Shown here one piece after another: positions 47,136 through 61,155 of a stretch of DNA of 64,000 nt (the first letter of the stretch is position 1; the number at the start of each line of letters is the position of its first letter). The translations under genes and the position numbers were made by a program. The notes beneath the pieces were generated by a model. It did not search any database. It had not been told where the DNA came from and saw only the letters and a program-made list of their open reading frames with translations. Source of the stretch: Octopus sinensis (taxonomy: Eukaryota); the NCBI RefSeq assembly GCF_006345805.1, contig NC_042997.1, forward strand, positions 128,278,001-128,342,000. The letters are read 5' to 3'.

Positions 47136-48442
47136 TAGAGTGCAGTGAATAAATTGTCGTTTAAATTATGCAAAAATGAAAATAACACTAACATCTCACT
47201 TTAATTGATATATTTACCAAAATTAAATAAAGAATACCTTGAAATACTAAAGAGTAAATTTATTCAATAAAATTGTCTTTGGCTTTAACCACTTCCTCCA
47301 GACAACTTTGGAATCTCCTGAAACTCTTCTGGATGGTCTTCTTGTTTAAGTTGGTGAATGCTAACATAATCCTTGCCTTCAGTTCATCTTTGTTGTTACA
47401 AGGAGTTTTGTTGATCTCTCGCTCAACTTCATCCCACACATAATAATCAAGTGGGTTGCAGTCTGGGGAGTTAGGAGTCATGTGGTCACAATCTGGCCAG
47501 ATTTTAGGAGTGATGTGGTTTCAGAAATTGTCTGACAGCCATGACTGGGTTCTCCTTCTTGTGTGGCATGGTGTAGACTCCTGTTGCTAGACATAGGGTC
47601 TTCCAGCAGCCACCCTCTACACCCAGGGTAGCACTACCTCATCCAGGCAATTGATATAGGCCTCCGTGTTGAGTATGAGAGAAGATGAATGGCAGCATGT
47701 CACCATCACTAGTGATCACTCCAAACACCATGATGTTGACTGGATGTTTGATTTTTATCACTTTCAATGCATGTTTTGGGGACACGGTAAACCAATGGTT
47801 GTTCTGTGTGTTCACCATCTGATCCTGGCAGAAATTTTTCTTGTCTGAGAAAAACCAAAGCATGTTTGGTCGGAGGGGATGCTTGAGTTTGTTGAAAAGC
47901 TTCATAGCATGGTTTTCTCTTGTCCTTGATGACTTGAGATAAAAATTGGCCCTTCATCTTATAGGAAGAATATCAAATGTCTTCATGCACTACCTGTCTG
48001 ATAAGAAACTTAAACACTTTCATGTCCCTGACAATGAACCTGACTGACTTGACAGAATCGTAGTCAGTCATGGCCTAGGTCTCACCAACAAATTCAGGAT
48101 TTCTTTTGTTATCAGAATGATCAGAGTGAGTTTTCTGAACTACTGTACCCTCATTATCACCATTAAATTCATTCAACTCTTTCTTAATCCTCTGCAGTAT
48201 CCTCAGATTGACACCAAGACACTCTGAAATGTTTGTATTGGAGCTTCTGGCATTAATGCCAAGCAGTAGATCATGTAGTTTCCAAATTTCTGGCAGAGTG
48301 AAGTGTATCATGGTGCTGTTTTTCTCACAGACTGTACCCAACTGATCCTACTATACTGTGTAGCCAACAAAATCAAAAACAAGCAGTGCACATGAGTGAA
48401 ATTAAAATTATGATATGGTGACAATTTACCTATCACACCTTG
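47136..48442 (-). mobile_element. maT (DD37D) transposon, near full length, inactivated
   Basis: TIR-like ends with TA flanks, 1.3 kb long. Motifs LWFFSDKKNFCQD, KIKHPVNIMVFGVITSDG and SPDCNPLDYYVW, with stops and frameshifts. Confidence 0.92.
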
Positions 48443-48559
48443 TATATACATATACATACATACATACATACATATATACATATATATTTATATATATATA
48501 ACCACGCATACACCTACTGTCATACAAATCTATATAAAATCCATTCAACCTTGCCATTG

Positions 48560-48850
48560 GTATAATATGACCAAATGATTAAGAAGCTTGCTTCACAATC
48601 GTGAGGTCTTGACCTCAATTCCATTGCATGGCATCTTGGACAAGTGTCTTTTTCTATAGCCTCAAGGTGACATATTTTGTGAGAGAAGTTATGCAGATGG
48701 GAACTGTGTGGAAGTTCAGTGCATGGATATGACCTTGCCTCATTGTGTTACAATGATTTTCCCTTAAGAATTATGTTAATGATAAACATACCTGTGGAGT
48801 GCTTAGCCACTTACGTGTTAATTCAATGAGGTTGGTAGTTCAGTTGACTG
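48560..48850 (+). mobile_element. SINE with family A head and a different body (second copy at 53775-54100)
   Basis: Shared head, then 'ctgtggagtgcttagccactt...gttaattcaatga', also seen at 54020-54050. Confidence 0.7.
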
Positions 48851-48959
48851 AACAAATGAAAACTCATAATCTTACATATATATGTGTGTGTGTGTTATAT
48901 ATGTGTGTGCTATAAATGTGTGTTTTATGTGTGTGCATGCACATGTTGTGTATCTTTGT

Positions 48960-49210
48960 TTGTGTGTATCCTTGCCATGACATTACATGTTGATTATAAG
49001 TGAGCATCATTGCCATACAAGTGAGATAGTTCCTTTCCAGTCTTTCACAAAAAACATGTCTTGCTAGGGAAAATATACTTTTCTTAGAAACAGGTGAAGG
49101 GTTTACTTTCCTTAGTAATAGGAAAGGCATTCAACCATAGAAAAATTTACTTCATGTAATTCCATCTGAGCCAGGCAAGTATAGAAAAGTGACTGTTAAA
49201 TGTTGATGAT
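48960..49210 (+). mobile_element. SINE family E (RTE-type tail, different body)
   Basis: 'ggaaacaggtgaaggg'-like body, then 'aggaaaggcattcaaccatagaaaa...gcaagtatagaaaagtgactgttaaatgttgatgat'. Confidence 0.65.
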
Positions 49211-52028
49211 CTAATTACAGAAGCAGCCAATTGGCTGTATTATTACAGCTTCAGACAGAATGCTTTGCAGTTATTAGCTCTGGCTGTTTGCATTCGCAGT
49301 TCAAATTTCACTGAGGTCAGCTTTGTCTTTCATCCTTTTCGAGTTTATAAATAAAATTTCAGTCTTACACTGAAGTCAGTTCTTTTCTTTCTCTAACTCT
49401 TTCTTTCTATCAGTCTCTTCCTCTGCTGGAAGAAATTGACTGTGATTAGACTCATAGAGGGATGGACTCCGCCAAGTCTAAAATGCCCAAGGTGGAACTC
49501 CTACAACTCTATGAAGGCATACTATATTTAACTATATATTTATTTGTATCCTAGGGGAGGTGTGGTAGTAAAAAGGTTAAGAACCACTGATCTATGTATT
49601 TATCTACATATTTACCAGTATATTTTACCTGAACATGTACCTATGTATTTAACTGTACATTTTCCTCCATATTTCCCTATGTATATCTATGTCTATTATT
49701 AACCTTAATACTTAACTGTTTATTTACCTATATATTTATATCATTAAATAAGCTAATGAGGAAGATCATTTCATTGCTTGGTTCATTGGAAATAGCAGCT
49801 ATAATATATGCCAAATCATTCCTACTATCTTAAAAGAAAAGTGAATGACACATTGGATAATTTAGTTCTAGATAAACTATACCCAAAACAAAACAAAAAG
49901 TGAGATAGTCATGGTTGGAATGCCTTTGATCATGTATCTGCTCATTCAGGTCTGACCTGGAGCTAAACAACATCAACTGATATCAAACAACTTTGTGCTC
50001 CATGCTTTCATATATTTTATATATTTCAGTCTGTTTAACATGCAATTTTCAAATTTCTTTGATTCTTCAAACAAGTGATTTGAGTTTTTTACAATAAATA
50101 TCTGTATCTTTTTGCACACTTGTTTTTCTATTAACTTTTTCATGGCCATATTTCAAATGAAACACACTGACTGTATGTTTGAAAATAAACCAAGAATTTA
50201 GAAAGATTTAATAAAATAAATAACTTTCCCATTATCTAGTCAGTGTTTGGAACATGACTTTAGAAAAAAAAAAAGGTTCTTGCATAAATTTATGAAGGAA
50301 GGTATTTTTTAAATTTAATTATGATTTCTTTAAAGCAGGTTGTTTTCTATAAAAGAATAAGTAAGGTTGGCATCAAAAGATTTAACACCCACCTCAGTCC
50401 TAAAGTTTTATGCAAATAATGGAAGTTACAAGTGGTGCTAAAGATTATTTACACACTTCTGTAAAAATAAAACAAAACAAAAATAAATAAAACCGAAACA
50501 AATATTGGTTTCAGCAACAGAATCTTATTAATGACATTTTTAAATTCATGGTTTATAATTTCATATTCCTTAGATTAGACATTAGGTTTATTATATACAT
50601 TAAATGTAATCCCAAATAAATATTTCTCATTCTGAAATAAATGCCATACTTCCAGTTTACAATTCCTTGCACTATGATAGTCACTACCAAATAATTCTTA
50701 GTCTAATTATCTAACTTTGGTAATGGCAGAACCATCTGCAGATTTCTCACTATCCAAGTTTTTAATGTGCAGCTGAGTCAGTGACTGTGTTTTATCATCT
50801 GTAATGAAAGGTTAGTTGCACCATCATGATAACAACATTGACAGTTATGGAGTATTTTTTTCTTCTTTCTGAGATATTTCCTATTCATTAAAGTCTGAAT
50901 CAACTAGTATCAGATGTAGAAAGTATATTGTACAAAAAAAAAAAAACACGAAAAAAAAACTGTCTGTTCCAATAATGGATTAGAATAATGTACTTTAGCA
51001 CTTCAGATTGCATATTTTCTTCTCCTTGAGCTTTTATTTCTTCTTCTTCTTTACATTAAGTTGGTGACTTCCCTTTTCACATTTCATTACTATTATCTTT
51101 GCAAATTGGACTTCGATTTCACATCTTTTATTATAAATAGCACTGCACAACATGTTTGTTTCTAAAGTAAACTTGTAGCACAACAATAGAGTTCTATTGT
51201 TTAAAATGAGTCAATGAGGAAGCCTCTACATAGTTGCTTGACCTGCTAGAAACAACAACCACATCTCCCTTAAATCATACCCTACTGTTTTATGAAAGAC
51301 ACACGCAGTATAATGTAGTCCAAGAGATAAGAGATGAGGGTCACAGCTGGAATACCCTTGATAATATATTTGCTCAATTAGAGCTGACCTGGAACTAAAC
51401 TGCAACACCGAAATTTTTATCTAGTCTTTTATTTCCACAGAACTACAGCCATGAGGTTGTTTCTGCATTCACTCACGTTTTCCCTTCAACTACTAAACAG
51501 CTTATGACAAGCAAATTGTGCTATCTCAGAAAAAACCTAATGTCTCCTGTCTATTCTCTTCTATTTGTCATCTCATTCACTGAAACCTTATACCCATGTT
51601 TCATTGTTTCATGTCCATGTCAGTAGTGCAGTGGTGGTGCTGCCATTGCTATTTCTCTTGCATTTTCTATTAAGTATCGGTCATTTTTCTTGTTATATGT
51701 ATAGCTTCATGTATTTGTAGTAATGTTGCATCATGTGGGTGTATGAATACAATTTTTACTTCAGTATTATTCAATATGCTGTCATGTTTATCCTTAGCAT
51801 GCTGGTGAAAGTACCAACGTATCACCTTTCTCTCTACATGGAACTAGATTGCGTTGATGAGAACTTAACTGAAGAAGAAAATTTCTTCAGTTCTTTCAGT
51901 CTTGCCCACCATACAATCTTTTTCATAATTGCTACCAGACAGAGGAAAACTGCTTACCTTTCCCTACCCAAAGGAACACAGTAGAGTAAACCACACTATG
52001 AACTTTGCAGACAACCAGAGCCACTTAC

Positions 52029-52127
52029 ATGACAACAGCTGCTTGACATAACTCGACAAGTCAGTAATGCTTAGATGCTGGACAATAATGGCATTTTGGA
52101 GAGGTTTGTCTGATACCACTTCTGTGC
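52029..52127 (-). CDS. Candidate 99-nt phase-1 exon (xTEVVSDKPLQNAIIVQHLSITDLSSYVKQLLS)
   Basis: Acceptor 'aaatcttttag|' and donor 'CAT|gtaagt'. Only one frame is open. No homology recognised. Confidence 0.3.
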
Positions 52128-52351
52128 CTAAAAGATTTATCCTGAACTAACTATATCCCTCAAGTGAGACTACCAAGTTAGAGATTTCTGTGAGTTGCTA
52201 TAGTCCCCAGATCAAAAGTCTTGTAGAATAGACTGTTCAGTTGACCTTCATTGGTACTTAGTACTTTTCTGAGATCATTTTTGCTCATGCTCACAACTAA
52301 TTCTAAGATGCACGCCAGGATAAGACATTTCTATTGCAGACCTACACTTAC

Positions 52352-52390
52352 ACATACAACAAATCTCTTCTCTCCATACCATTGATACTA
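52352..52390 (-). CDS. Candidate 39-nt exon (xVSMVWREEICCMx)
   Basis: Acceptor 'cttgccttttctttcag|' and donor 'TGT|gtaagt'. In frame with the 52029-52127 candidate across a 224-nt intron. Confidence 0.25.
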
Positions 52391-55300
52391 CTGAAAGAAA
52401 AGGCAAGCACCAGTAGTAGTGCTTGATTCCAGTGTCATCACAGATTGACTCAAAACATAAAGAACCAGAACATATATTACAAAGCATTTGCTCCTGCTCT
52501 GTAGCAATTTTATCAATACCCACCCAATATTCATTCCTTATTTTATTAACCCCAGAAGGATGAACGGTAAAGTATGTACATATATACTTACCTTAATAAC
52601 ACAGCTCTCGGTGAGATCTTGATATCTTTATCATGTAATAACATAATATTACTGAGAGTTTAATTCAGTAATAATAACAACACTAACAAAACAACTGCTG
52701 TTTTTAGCTAAAGGCAATTTTCTTAAATACCAATAAATGTGTAATTTCTGGTAATTTCTGCAGTGAGAAATTTTGTAGTATTATTAAATAACAATTAGGA
52801 AAAATGTATTTTCTTATAACTTAAGCCTGAAATTTATAGAATTAATATTAATTAATTTAGAAAATTTAATTTCTATGGCTGCCTTTTTTTTTGCTTCCAA
52901 ACTCGCAAACTCAAAAATATGTAACACACTGTTGAACATTGTTCCACTGTTATAAATCTATATTAATAAAGTTTAGATCGATAAATTAAAATATTTTCTA
53001 CAGTTATGATACACAATCTATGTTTTGTTTTACTATGTGACACACAGTACTGTATGTATGTTTGTTAATATCTGTATTTTATATGTATGTGTGGTAGAAT
53101 GTGTGCAAGTCTGCATAAGAGCAAGTATTCACTGTTTGCATGGATCTTGTGTGTGTTTGTGTGTCTGAATATTTGTATTTATGCCTGTGTGCATTTATAT
53201 GTGTGTAAGAGTATATATGTATGTGTGTATGAGTCCAAATGTATGCATGATATGTACATGTGTGTGTTTGATAGTCAAGCAAATTTAGGTCAAAAAACAA
53301 TAGCGTACAAAACCAACTAATCAATCAACCAAACATATAATGAGCCAACAAAGGATTCTCTAGAAATAGTAGCCATATTTCTTTAACATCATATCCTACA
53401 ATGTTTAAAAAAGAAAGACTCATTTGATCTGCTGTCAGATATATACTATGCGTAAAAAACAATGCTGGATAGTCATAGTAGAGCTCTTTCATTGTAGGTT
53501 TGCTGGATGCACTGATGAGGAAGCCACTATGATAGACTATTGTCCTATCCTAGGCAAGATTTATTTCTCATCCACTTAAATCTGTATTAATCAGAGATTC
53601 ATCCTGATTATGATTTAAGAAAAATATTTACCAACTTTTATTACAACTCAGAGAAATATTTTCCAATTTCCCTTGTGAGGTAATGATTAATTTCTTACAT
53701 CTCATTCTCTGTGGTGTTATGATGTAAATATCTTGTTATTAAATGTTTGTTATATCAACACAAGGGATTCATGGATGCTGCATGGCTGAATGGTTAAGAT
53801 GTTTGCCTCACAATCATGAGCTCCTAGATTCTATCTCACTACATGACATCCTGAGCAAATGCCTCTTATCATAACCTAGGTGTGGCTTAAACCTTGTGAA
53901 ATTGGGTAGATGTAAGCTGTGCAAAAGCCCCTCATGGATTTACCTGTAATTCAAGGGTACAGTTTTGTCATACATAATATCATGCTAATTTGCCTGCTGA
54001 TTATGTTATGAGTGTACATGTTTGTAGCCACTTAAAAGTTAATTCAATGAAAAGGTTATTCATATGATCAAACAACTGTATATTCATTGTTGAAGCCAGC
54101 AGATATCCATTTTTACAGAGTATTTACAAAGTCTGCTTGATATGAAAAACATTGGCTGATGTATGTAGATAATGCAAGTATGCTTGTTGGAGATATAGCT
54201 AGAACAGAGAAAACATGCTGAGAGTGAAAGTACCATGAGATTGATGGTGGAGGTTATTTGAATTAGAAATAGATGATAGACAAAGAAATATTTTATGAGA
54301 AGTGGTGAGGTGAGATCTGAGAATTGTGGGTCTCAAAGATGAAATAACACAGCTTGTACATGTATTACGAATTTTTACTGAAGGCTTCTACAATTCATAG
54401 CCAGGAAATACTAATACTAATATTAAAATACTGATGTTGATGATGATCACAATCATGTTTATCTGCATATTTAAATGCAGTCATTATTGTTGGTGTCTAA
54501 TTATGTGCTGTTAATTATTCTGGTCACTGATAATTAGACTTTCTGATTTCTGATTTTCATTTGTTATTCCATGTTGTTGTAGGAGAGCTTATATATTTTC
54601 TTTTTAACTTTAGATTGTTTGTTAATTTTACCTAAAGGAATTATTCAGCTATTCCAAAAATTTTAGTACATTTTTAGGCATCTCTTATTAATAAACATTC
54701 AGCTGTGTTTTCCCCGGATATTTTGTATATTCTTTCTTCATAAGGACATCTGTCTCATGTTTAATTTACTATATGGTAATCTTTAAGAAATATATCATTA
54801 TTGTGTAGTATTCTGAGATATGTTGGATATTGGTGAGGATGGTGTAGGGTCATGACAACACTGATGATAATATGTGATCAAATGATGTAAAATGTCGCAT
54901 TGACTGTTTAGGAATGAGGAAGTAACCATTGCAAACAGAATCATGTTTTTCTCCATGCTGTCAACATGATGATAAAACACAAACATGTTGCATCAATTAA
55001 CATATTTTAATCCAACTACGTAGTAAAATACCAGAAAGTGAAGAATTCTTAAATATGTGGTGGTGGTGGTGGTGTTCTTGTTGTTGTTAGGGTTCTCTGC
55101 TTTATGGAGCTTATTTGCATGAAATTTACAAACTTACTGGATTTGGGGTAACAAACTATTTTTAAAAGACACCACTACTTCTGTTGATAACAGTGATAAT
55201 AATGTTGAGAATACAGAGTAGTAGTTATGATGGTGTAGTGATGATAGTGACAAGAATAGTGGTGATGACAATTATGATGATGATAGAAGCCATCATCCTC

Positions 55301-56515
55301 AAAGATATCACTGCTTAGCTCTCAGACTCATCTGCTACTCAGGCTGTTAATATAGAATTGACTCATTCACAATCTTCATCTCTTCACTTCATCCCCTACA
55401 CCCATCCCTAACTGGTGATATACAGTGATTTTATTGGAACTACAAGGGTTAAACATATACAGACTGCTCAAACGCCTTTAATTTGTGTCTCACCCCTAAA
55501 GCTAGCCTGTAACTAACCGTAACTGTTTTTTCAGTTATTAAGTTGTCTGACTGTTGATTTATAATTACACACCTACATACTATGAATTGCCTCACCCCAC
55601 TTTCCAAGCCCTATGGCCCTTCGTGTTAACATTGGTTGGAATTTCTGTGAATTTCTATGTTAAGTATATCTGGAACTGGATATGTTGACATCTCAGAAAC
55701 AGTAAGGCAGGTGACTGAAATAAACTTCTTAGGCATATCCTTTCACAACCCATGCACTACCAAAACTAACAAATTCAACTCATACAACTCTAATTTCACC
55801 AACAGGTTCTCTCACAGCTGTACTAAAGCAGTTTAGGCAATGAATAATATTTGAAGTACAAATTGCTCTTACACAGCATTGCAACTCTATCAATATCTTC
55901 ACTCAAACTATGAAGATTCATGGCTCATAAGCTACCCTTTTGAGGGAAACTGGAAAGATTGAAACTGCTTAGAAGCCTTTCGGATAGACAATACAATTCT
56001 ATTTCAGAATTATGTTAGGAGTACACATTTGTGAGAGACTCAATGTCACTCATTCAGTCATACATTATTCTTGATGAGAGACATGTATAATTCATATATT
56101 ATATAACATGAATAGACAGGGATAATTTATCCAGAGATGGGTATTGTTCAAGCACTCTAGTATAATACAAGTTCTGGCTAACATCATCAAATGATATAGA
56201 ATAACTTGTGATTCTTTAAGGTAAATCCTGAGTTTGCTTCATTGGATTATAAACAGTTTACTGAGGGTAAATAAAGATGGAGAAATATATATCAACACAA
56301 TTTTCATTAATACAGTATTTTATACAGTATGTTCTCTTTAAACCTCTGTCCAACATACGTTTCTGCTGCATGGATATCTTGTTAAGTAGTGTTTATTTGC
56401 ATCTTGTTAGTTTGGCTGCATTCAGATTTCCTCTTGATTAAAAAAGTATCCATACAGCTTTATTCAAGGTGTTTGTAGTTTGAAGTTGGCATGGATTATG
56501 TACGTATATATATAT

Positions 56516-56765
56516 CATCATCATCATCATCATCATCATCGTTTAACGTCCGTTTTCCGCGCTAGCACGGGTTGGACGGTTTCGACCGGGGTCTGGGGAG
56601 CTAGGGACTGCCCCAGGCTCCAGTCTAGTCTGGCAGAGTTTCTACGGCTGGATGCCCTTCCTGACGCCAACCACTCCGCGAGTGTAGTGGGTGTTTTTTA
56701 CGTGCCACCTGCACAGGTGCCAGAGGGGTCTGGCATCGGCCACGTTCGGATGGTGCTTTTTTTAT
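56516..56765 (-). mobile_element. SINE family C, young (CpG-rich)
   Basis: (CAT)n 'cgtttaacgtccgttttccgcgctagcacgggttggacgg...ggatgcccttcctgacgccaaccactccgcg'. Confidence 0.92.
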
Positions 56766-57017
56766 GTGGGGGGGGGTGCAGAAATATAGGGGAGCACCAG
56801 TGAGGAGGGGTGGTTCAGAGAAATGATGACAGGTTCTAGGCAAGTAGAACGTAGGATATCAAGAGAGGGGTAATGCATGGTGAAATAGCGTATTGAAGAG
56901 GGGGGTTCGAAGAGTAGACACCTATTATGGTGGTGGGAGAAGCGACATCCGGTATGGATGGAGCAAAAATATAGAGATATCCGGTATTGGTGGTGGGGGT
57001 GGGCAGGGCAGGTGCAC

Positions 57018-57431
57018 CGCGAATACACGATGGTTGATGAATACACGAGAGGCGAGATGGGTAATGGATAAATTAGTTAAAATAATTAGATAGATATAGA
57101 AATTAGTTAAAAATAGTTAGATAGATAAGAAAGCATGTATGATTGATGGGGAAGTGAAATAAATAAATAAGCATTCAACTTATCTGCTAGATGACTGAGT
57201 GGATGAAAGAGCAGAAGTTTGGGGCTGCGTTTTTTTTTTTTTAAGTAAAGATTGTCCGGAGGAAGAAGAAGGCGCGAATACACGATGGTTGATGAATACA
57301 CGAGAGGCGAGATGGGTAATGGATAAATTAGTTAAAATAATTAGATAGATATAGAAATTAGTTAAAAATAGTTAGATAGATAAGAAAGCATGTATGATTG
57401 ATGGGGAAGTGAAATAAATAAATAAGCATTC

Positions 57432-57435
<4 letters not shown>
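57018..57435. repeat. Perfect 163-bp direct repeat around a 92-bp spacer
   Basis: 57018-57180 is identical to 57273-57435 by base-for-base reading. Confidence 0.95.
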
Positions 57436-57469
<34 letters not shown>

Positions 57470-57504
57470 GTACATAATCCATGCCAACTTCAAACTACAA
57501 ACAC

Positions 57505-57619
57505 ATACACATATACATATACACACACACATATACATACACACACATATACATACACACACATATACATATACACAAACATATACATATACACACACAC
57601 ATATACACACACACATATG

Positions 57620-57651
<32 letters not shown>

Positions 57652-57850
57652 TATACACATACACACATACACACACACACATATATACACACACACATAC
57701 ACACACACACATATACACACACACACATACACACATATGCACACACATATACACACACACACACACATATATATATGTGTGTGTATATATGTGTGTGTGT
57801 ATATGTGTGTGTGTGTGTATGTGTGTGTGTGTATGTATATGTGTGTATGT
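57505..57850. repeat. Compound CA-rich then TG-rich microsatellite
   Basis: Seen directly. Confidence 0.95.
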
Positions 57851-57853
57851 ATA

Positions 57854-58231
57854 CACTACCGTCAGAAATTAATTAGCACCCTTGATTTGCTCTTCACTCA
57901 AGGTATGTGCTGTCACCTAGTGGCCATATCTCGAACTATTGCTTTGTTGCGAGTTCACTGTTGCGCAGAACGATGACGTAACTTTGTTTGCAGAGCAGTT
58001 TGAGAGTCTACAGCCTTATGATGTTGACATAGCAGTGCAACAACTTGGAGTGCGGATGCAGACAAATCTTCCTTTGTTTAATAGATATAGGTAGCGCCTC
58101 GCAAGGACCGAAATCACACCATACTAAGTTTTCTCATCACGTAAGACGTTTTGAACAGCTCATAAGGTTAATTGATTTAACCTATTTAATGTAGAAATTT
58201 GAGAAGTGCTAATTAATTTCTGACGCAAGTG
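57854..58231. mobile_element. Non-autonomous Tc1/mariner-type MITE (378 bp)
   Basis: 26-nt TIRs cact(ac/tg)cgtcagaaattaattagcac (24/26 match), TA on both sides, no transposase. Confidence 0.9.
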
Positions 58232-59003
58232 TATGTGTATGTGTGTATATGTATATGTGTATATATATATGTATATACACACATAATATTTTGTCTGTCT
58301 TTGTTTCTCAGAGTGGATGAAGTGATTACCATCTCTGACCAAACTAACCAAACATATTGTTGTTTCCTTCTCTTATCATTTACTGTTATTTCTTTCTACC
58401 CCAAACCCCACTCTAAGCACTCTGGCCATCCAAAACGCCATCCACATTGATAATTCATTCCCTAGCTATTCAGAGCATATCTTTGAAGTGAATCCATAAT
58501 GCTGTGGAAAAAATCATTGACTTTATATGCATGTGTGTGTGTGTGTAGAGACAGAGAGAGAGAGAGAGAGAGACAATGACTGAAACAGTGAGATAGAAAA
58601 ATAGATGGATTGAGAGATAGACGCTGAAAATGTTAAATTATATGAAGAGAATCTGCTTGCTTATTATTTATATTCCTAGACACAGTGTTCATATTTTTAC
58701 TCACTATTATTAATTAGATATCTTCCAAGTTGTAATCTTGTATTTATTGCTAATTAAATCTATTTCTTGTTATTCTTAATGTCTTATCTGCACTAAGTAC
58801 CATATTAGCTCCCACTATTATCTATTGTACATCAGTTTTAGTAGCTTGCATCAGACTTCTCTACTATACTTCTTACCAAATATATCACACCATTAACTAC
58901 AGAAAACTTCAGATATTTTCAGTTCCTTCTCCTCCTCTTATCTTCATTGCATGATTTATGCTGTCCAAAACATATACTTAGCCATGCTCTGTCTCTGTTT
59001 GTC

Positions 59004-59053
<50 letters not shown>

Positions 59054-59055
59054 TT

Positions 59056-59091
<36 letters not shown>

Positions 59092-60324
59092 ATATGTATA
59101 TATATCAGGTAGGTGGGTGTGTGCTTGCACACACATTTCAATATCAATGTTGCCAGCATTTTATGTCCATTTTTCAATACTGACATTATATTTTCTTAAT
59201 GTTTTTTTACCTTTCAAAGGACAGAATTGTGTTTAGGAAATGTAAATAGAACAGTTTCAAATATATCACTATTTTGGGGAAAATAATGTAAAATTTTAAT
59301 TTAACAAATTTTCAAGGCAAGAAGCTGTAAGATAGATCAGAATACATAATGAGTATTCTCAACCATCCTCTATTACACTTCAAGAATTTTTCTGCATATT
59401 CCGTTGAGGCCTGTTAAAAATAAAACCCAGCTGTATTTACCACAAATAGAACATGTATATTTTTGTTTTGGACAATCAACATAAGACTTGTATGTAATAA
59501 TGTGTAATTTCAGATCTGATGTTAATAGAAGAAAGAACTGAGGTATTAATGTATATAACCAGGAATTGTTTAATTTTCTATGCCCCAGCATGGCCACTAG
59601 TTGGATGGAATCAGTAAAAGAATGAAGTAAATAAATGAATGATAAACTATTTGGTATATCCAACAGACTTGAATTTTAATATATAGTATCTAGAATAAAC
59701 ACAAGATTAATTTCTCATCAGTTAGCTTCTTCTATACCACAAAGGTAGGAAAATATATAGCTCTTATTTTGCTAGAATAGTGTAATTCAGTATTCAGTGT
59801 CTCCTCATTAAATAAACGAACTAATAGCTAATTAAATAATCACGATTGATCACTGATCAATGTCTTGTTTTTTAATGTTGGCAAAGACTAGATCGATATT
59901 GACATAAAATTCTATTTGTAAGTTGCATTCCTTCTAATTTATTGAAGTTTGCATTTATATTTTGTAAAGAAAAGCAGCTATATTATTATTCATACCACTT
60001 TTTAAAGCCTTATGTTTATCCTTAATAAATTTGAATAGCTATTTCCTAAGAATTATTAAAACCACATTTGAAACTCTTCTATTTATGTTTCCTAAATACA
60101 ATCATGTTCATTTAAAAGCAAAAAGAACCCAAAGAAATTTATAAGTTTTCTTAATTTTGCATGTATGCTGCATAGCACATGCAACATGTGGTAATGTTTT
60201 AATAGAGGTAATTAGCCAGAGAGAAAATAAATGAAATAACAGCAAAGAATATGAATAAAATAGAGATATAAATTATATTCATATGCACTGCCAGCTAGAT
60301 CCCCATTGTCTTCAGTATCAGTTG

Positions 60325-60379
<55 letters not shown>

Positions 60380-60889
60380 AACACACACATGTAGATTGAT
60401 ACAAATTCATACATGCATATTTAAATGCATTTACATATACATACACAGTGAATATGTGAATATCTACATCCATAAACACTTAAACACATATTCAATATGT
60501 GCTTGTGGTAAGCTGGGTAGATACCATTATGTGTGTGTTTGCATACGTAGATAACTGTATAGTTAAATCTGTACTATGATTTTGTGCAGGTGTCCAATCC
60601 GTATCAGCATTCTTCAGTGGATTGAAAGAAAAATGAGCTATCTGCTTCACATCCAGGGAGGTTTGATAGTATCTGCTTAGAATAACTGCATGAAACCATG
60701 GTATGGCTTTCATTGTATTAGTAGACACATGTATATGTGCAAGTGGGCATGCACAGACACACACATACACATCCATTATATATGTATATATATATATGGT
60801 GTGTGTATATCTTTGCTGCCATTCATGAATCAACAGCTAAGTTATTGCAATTATTATTCAAATGTGACTTAGTCAATTTCTTTCAATAT

Positions 60890-61155
60890 CTAGTTGCCGG
60901 GGCCACAGGCATAAGAGGAATCAAATGTAGCATGCAAGAGAGTAGGCTACGGTGGTTTGGACATATGATGGATATGAATGAGGACAGCTGCATAAAGAAG
61001 TGCTGATCACTGAAAGTGGATGGCACCTGCAGAAGAGGGAGACCCAGGAAGACATGGCATGAAGTGGTAAGGACCGGTCTCAGGCTGTTGGGCCTCACAG
61101 AGGAAATGACAATGGACTGAGATATCTGGCAATATGAAGTTCTTGAGAAGACCCA
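60890..61155 (+). mobile_element. RTE LINE C-terminal fragment
   Basis: IRGIKCSMQESRLRWFGHMMDMNEDSCIKKC*SLKVDGTCRRGRPRKTWHEVV...YEVLEKT. Same family as the 20781 copy. Confidence 0.85.

Noticed and set aside
46376-47194. Several 120-260 aa ORFs on both strands
   Set aside because: They translate a TA/TACA microsatellite. Only the first ~100 codons of the 46376 ORF (PLE endonuclease) are meaningful.
52275-52523. 82-aa Cys-rich minus-strand ORF as a standalone gene
   Set aside because: No recognisable domain spacing (not C2H2 or RING). Only the splice-bounded 39 nt were kept as a weak candidate.
57434-57976. Multiple 90-140 aa HT/CV-rich ORFs
   Set aside because: CA/TG microsatellite translations.
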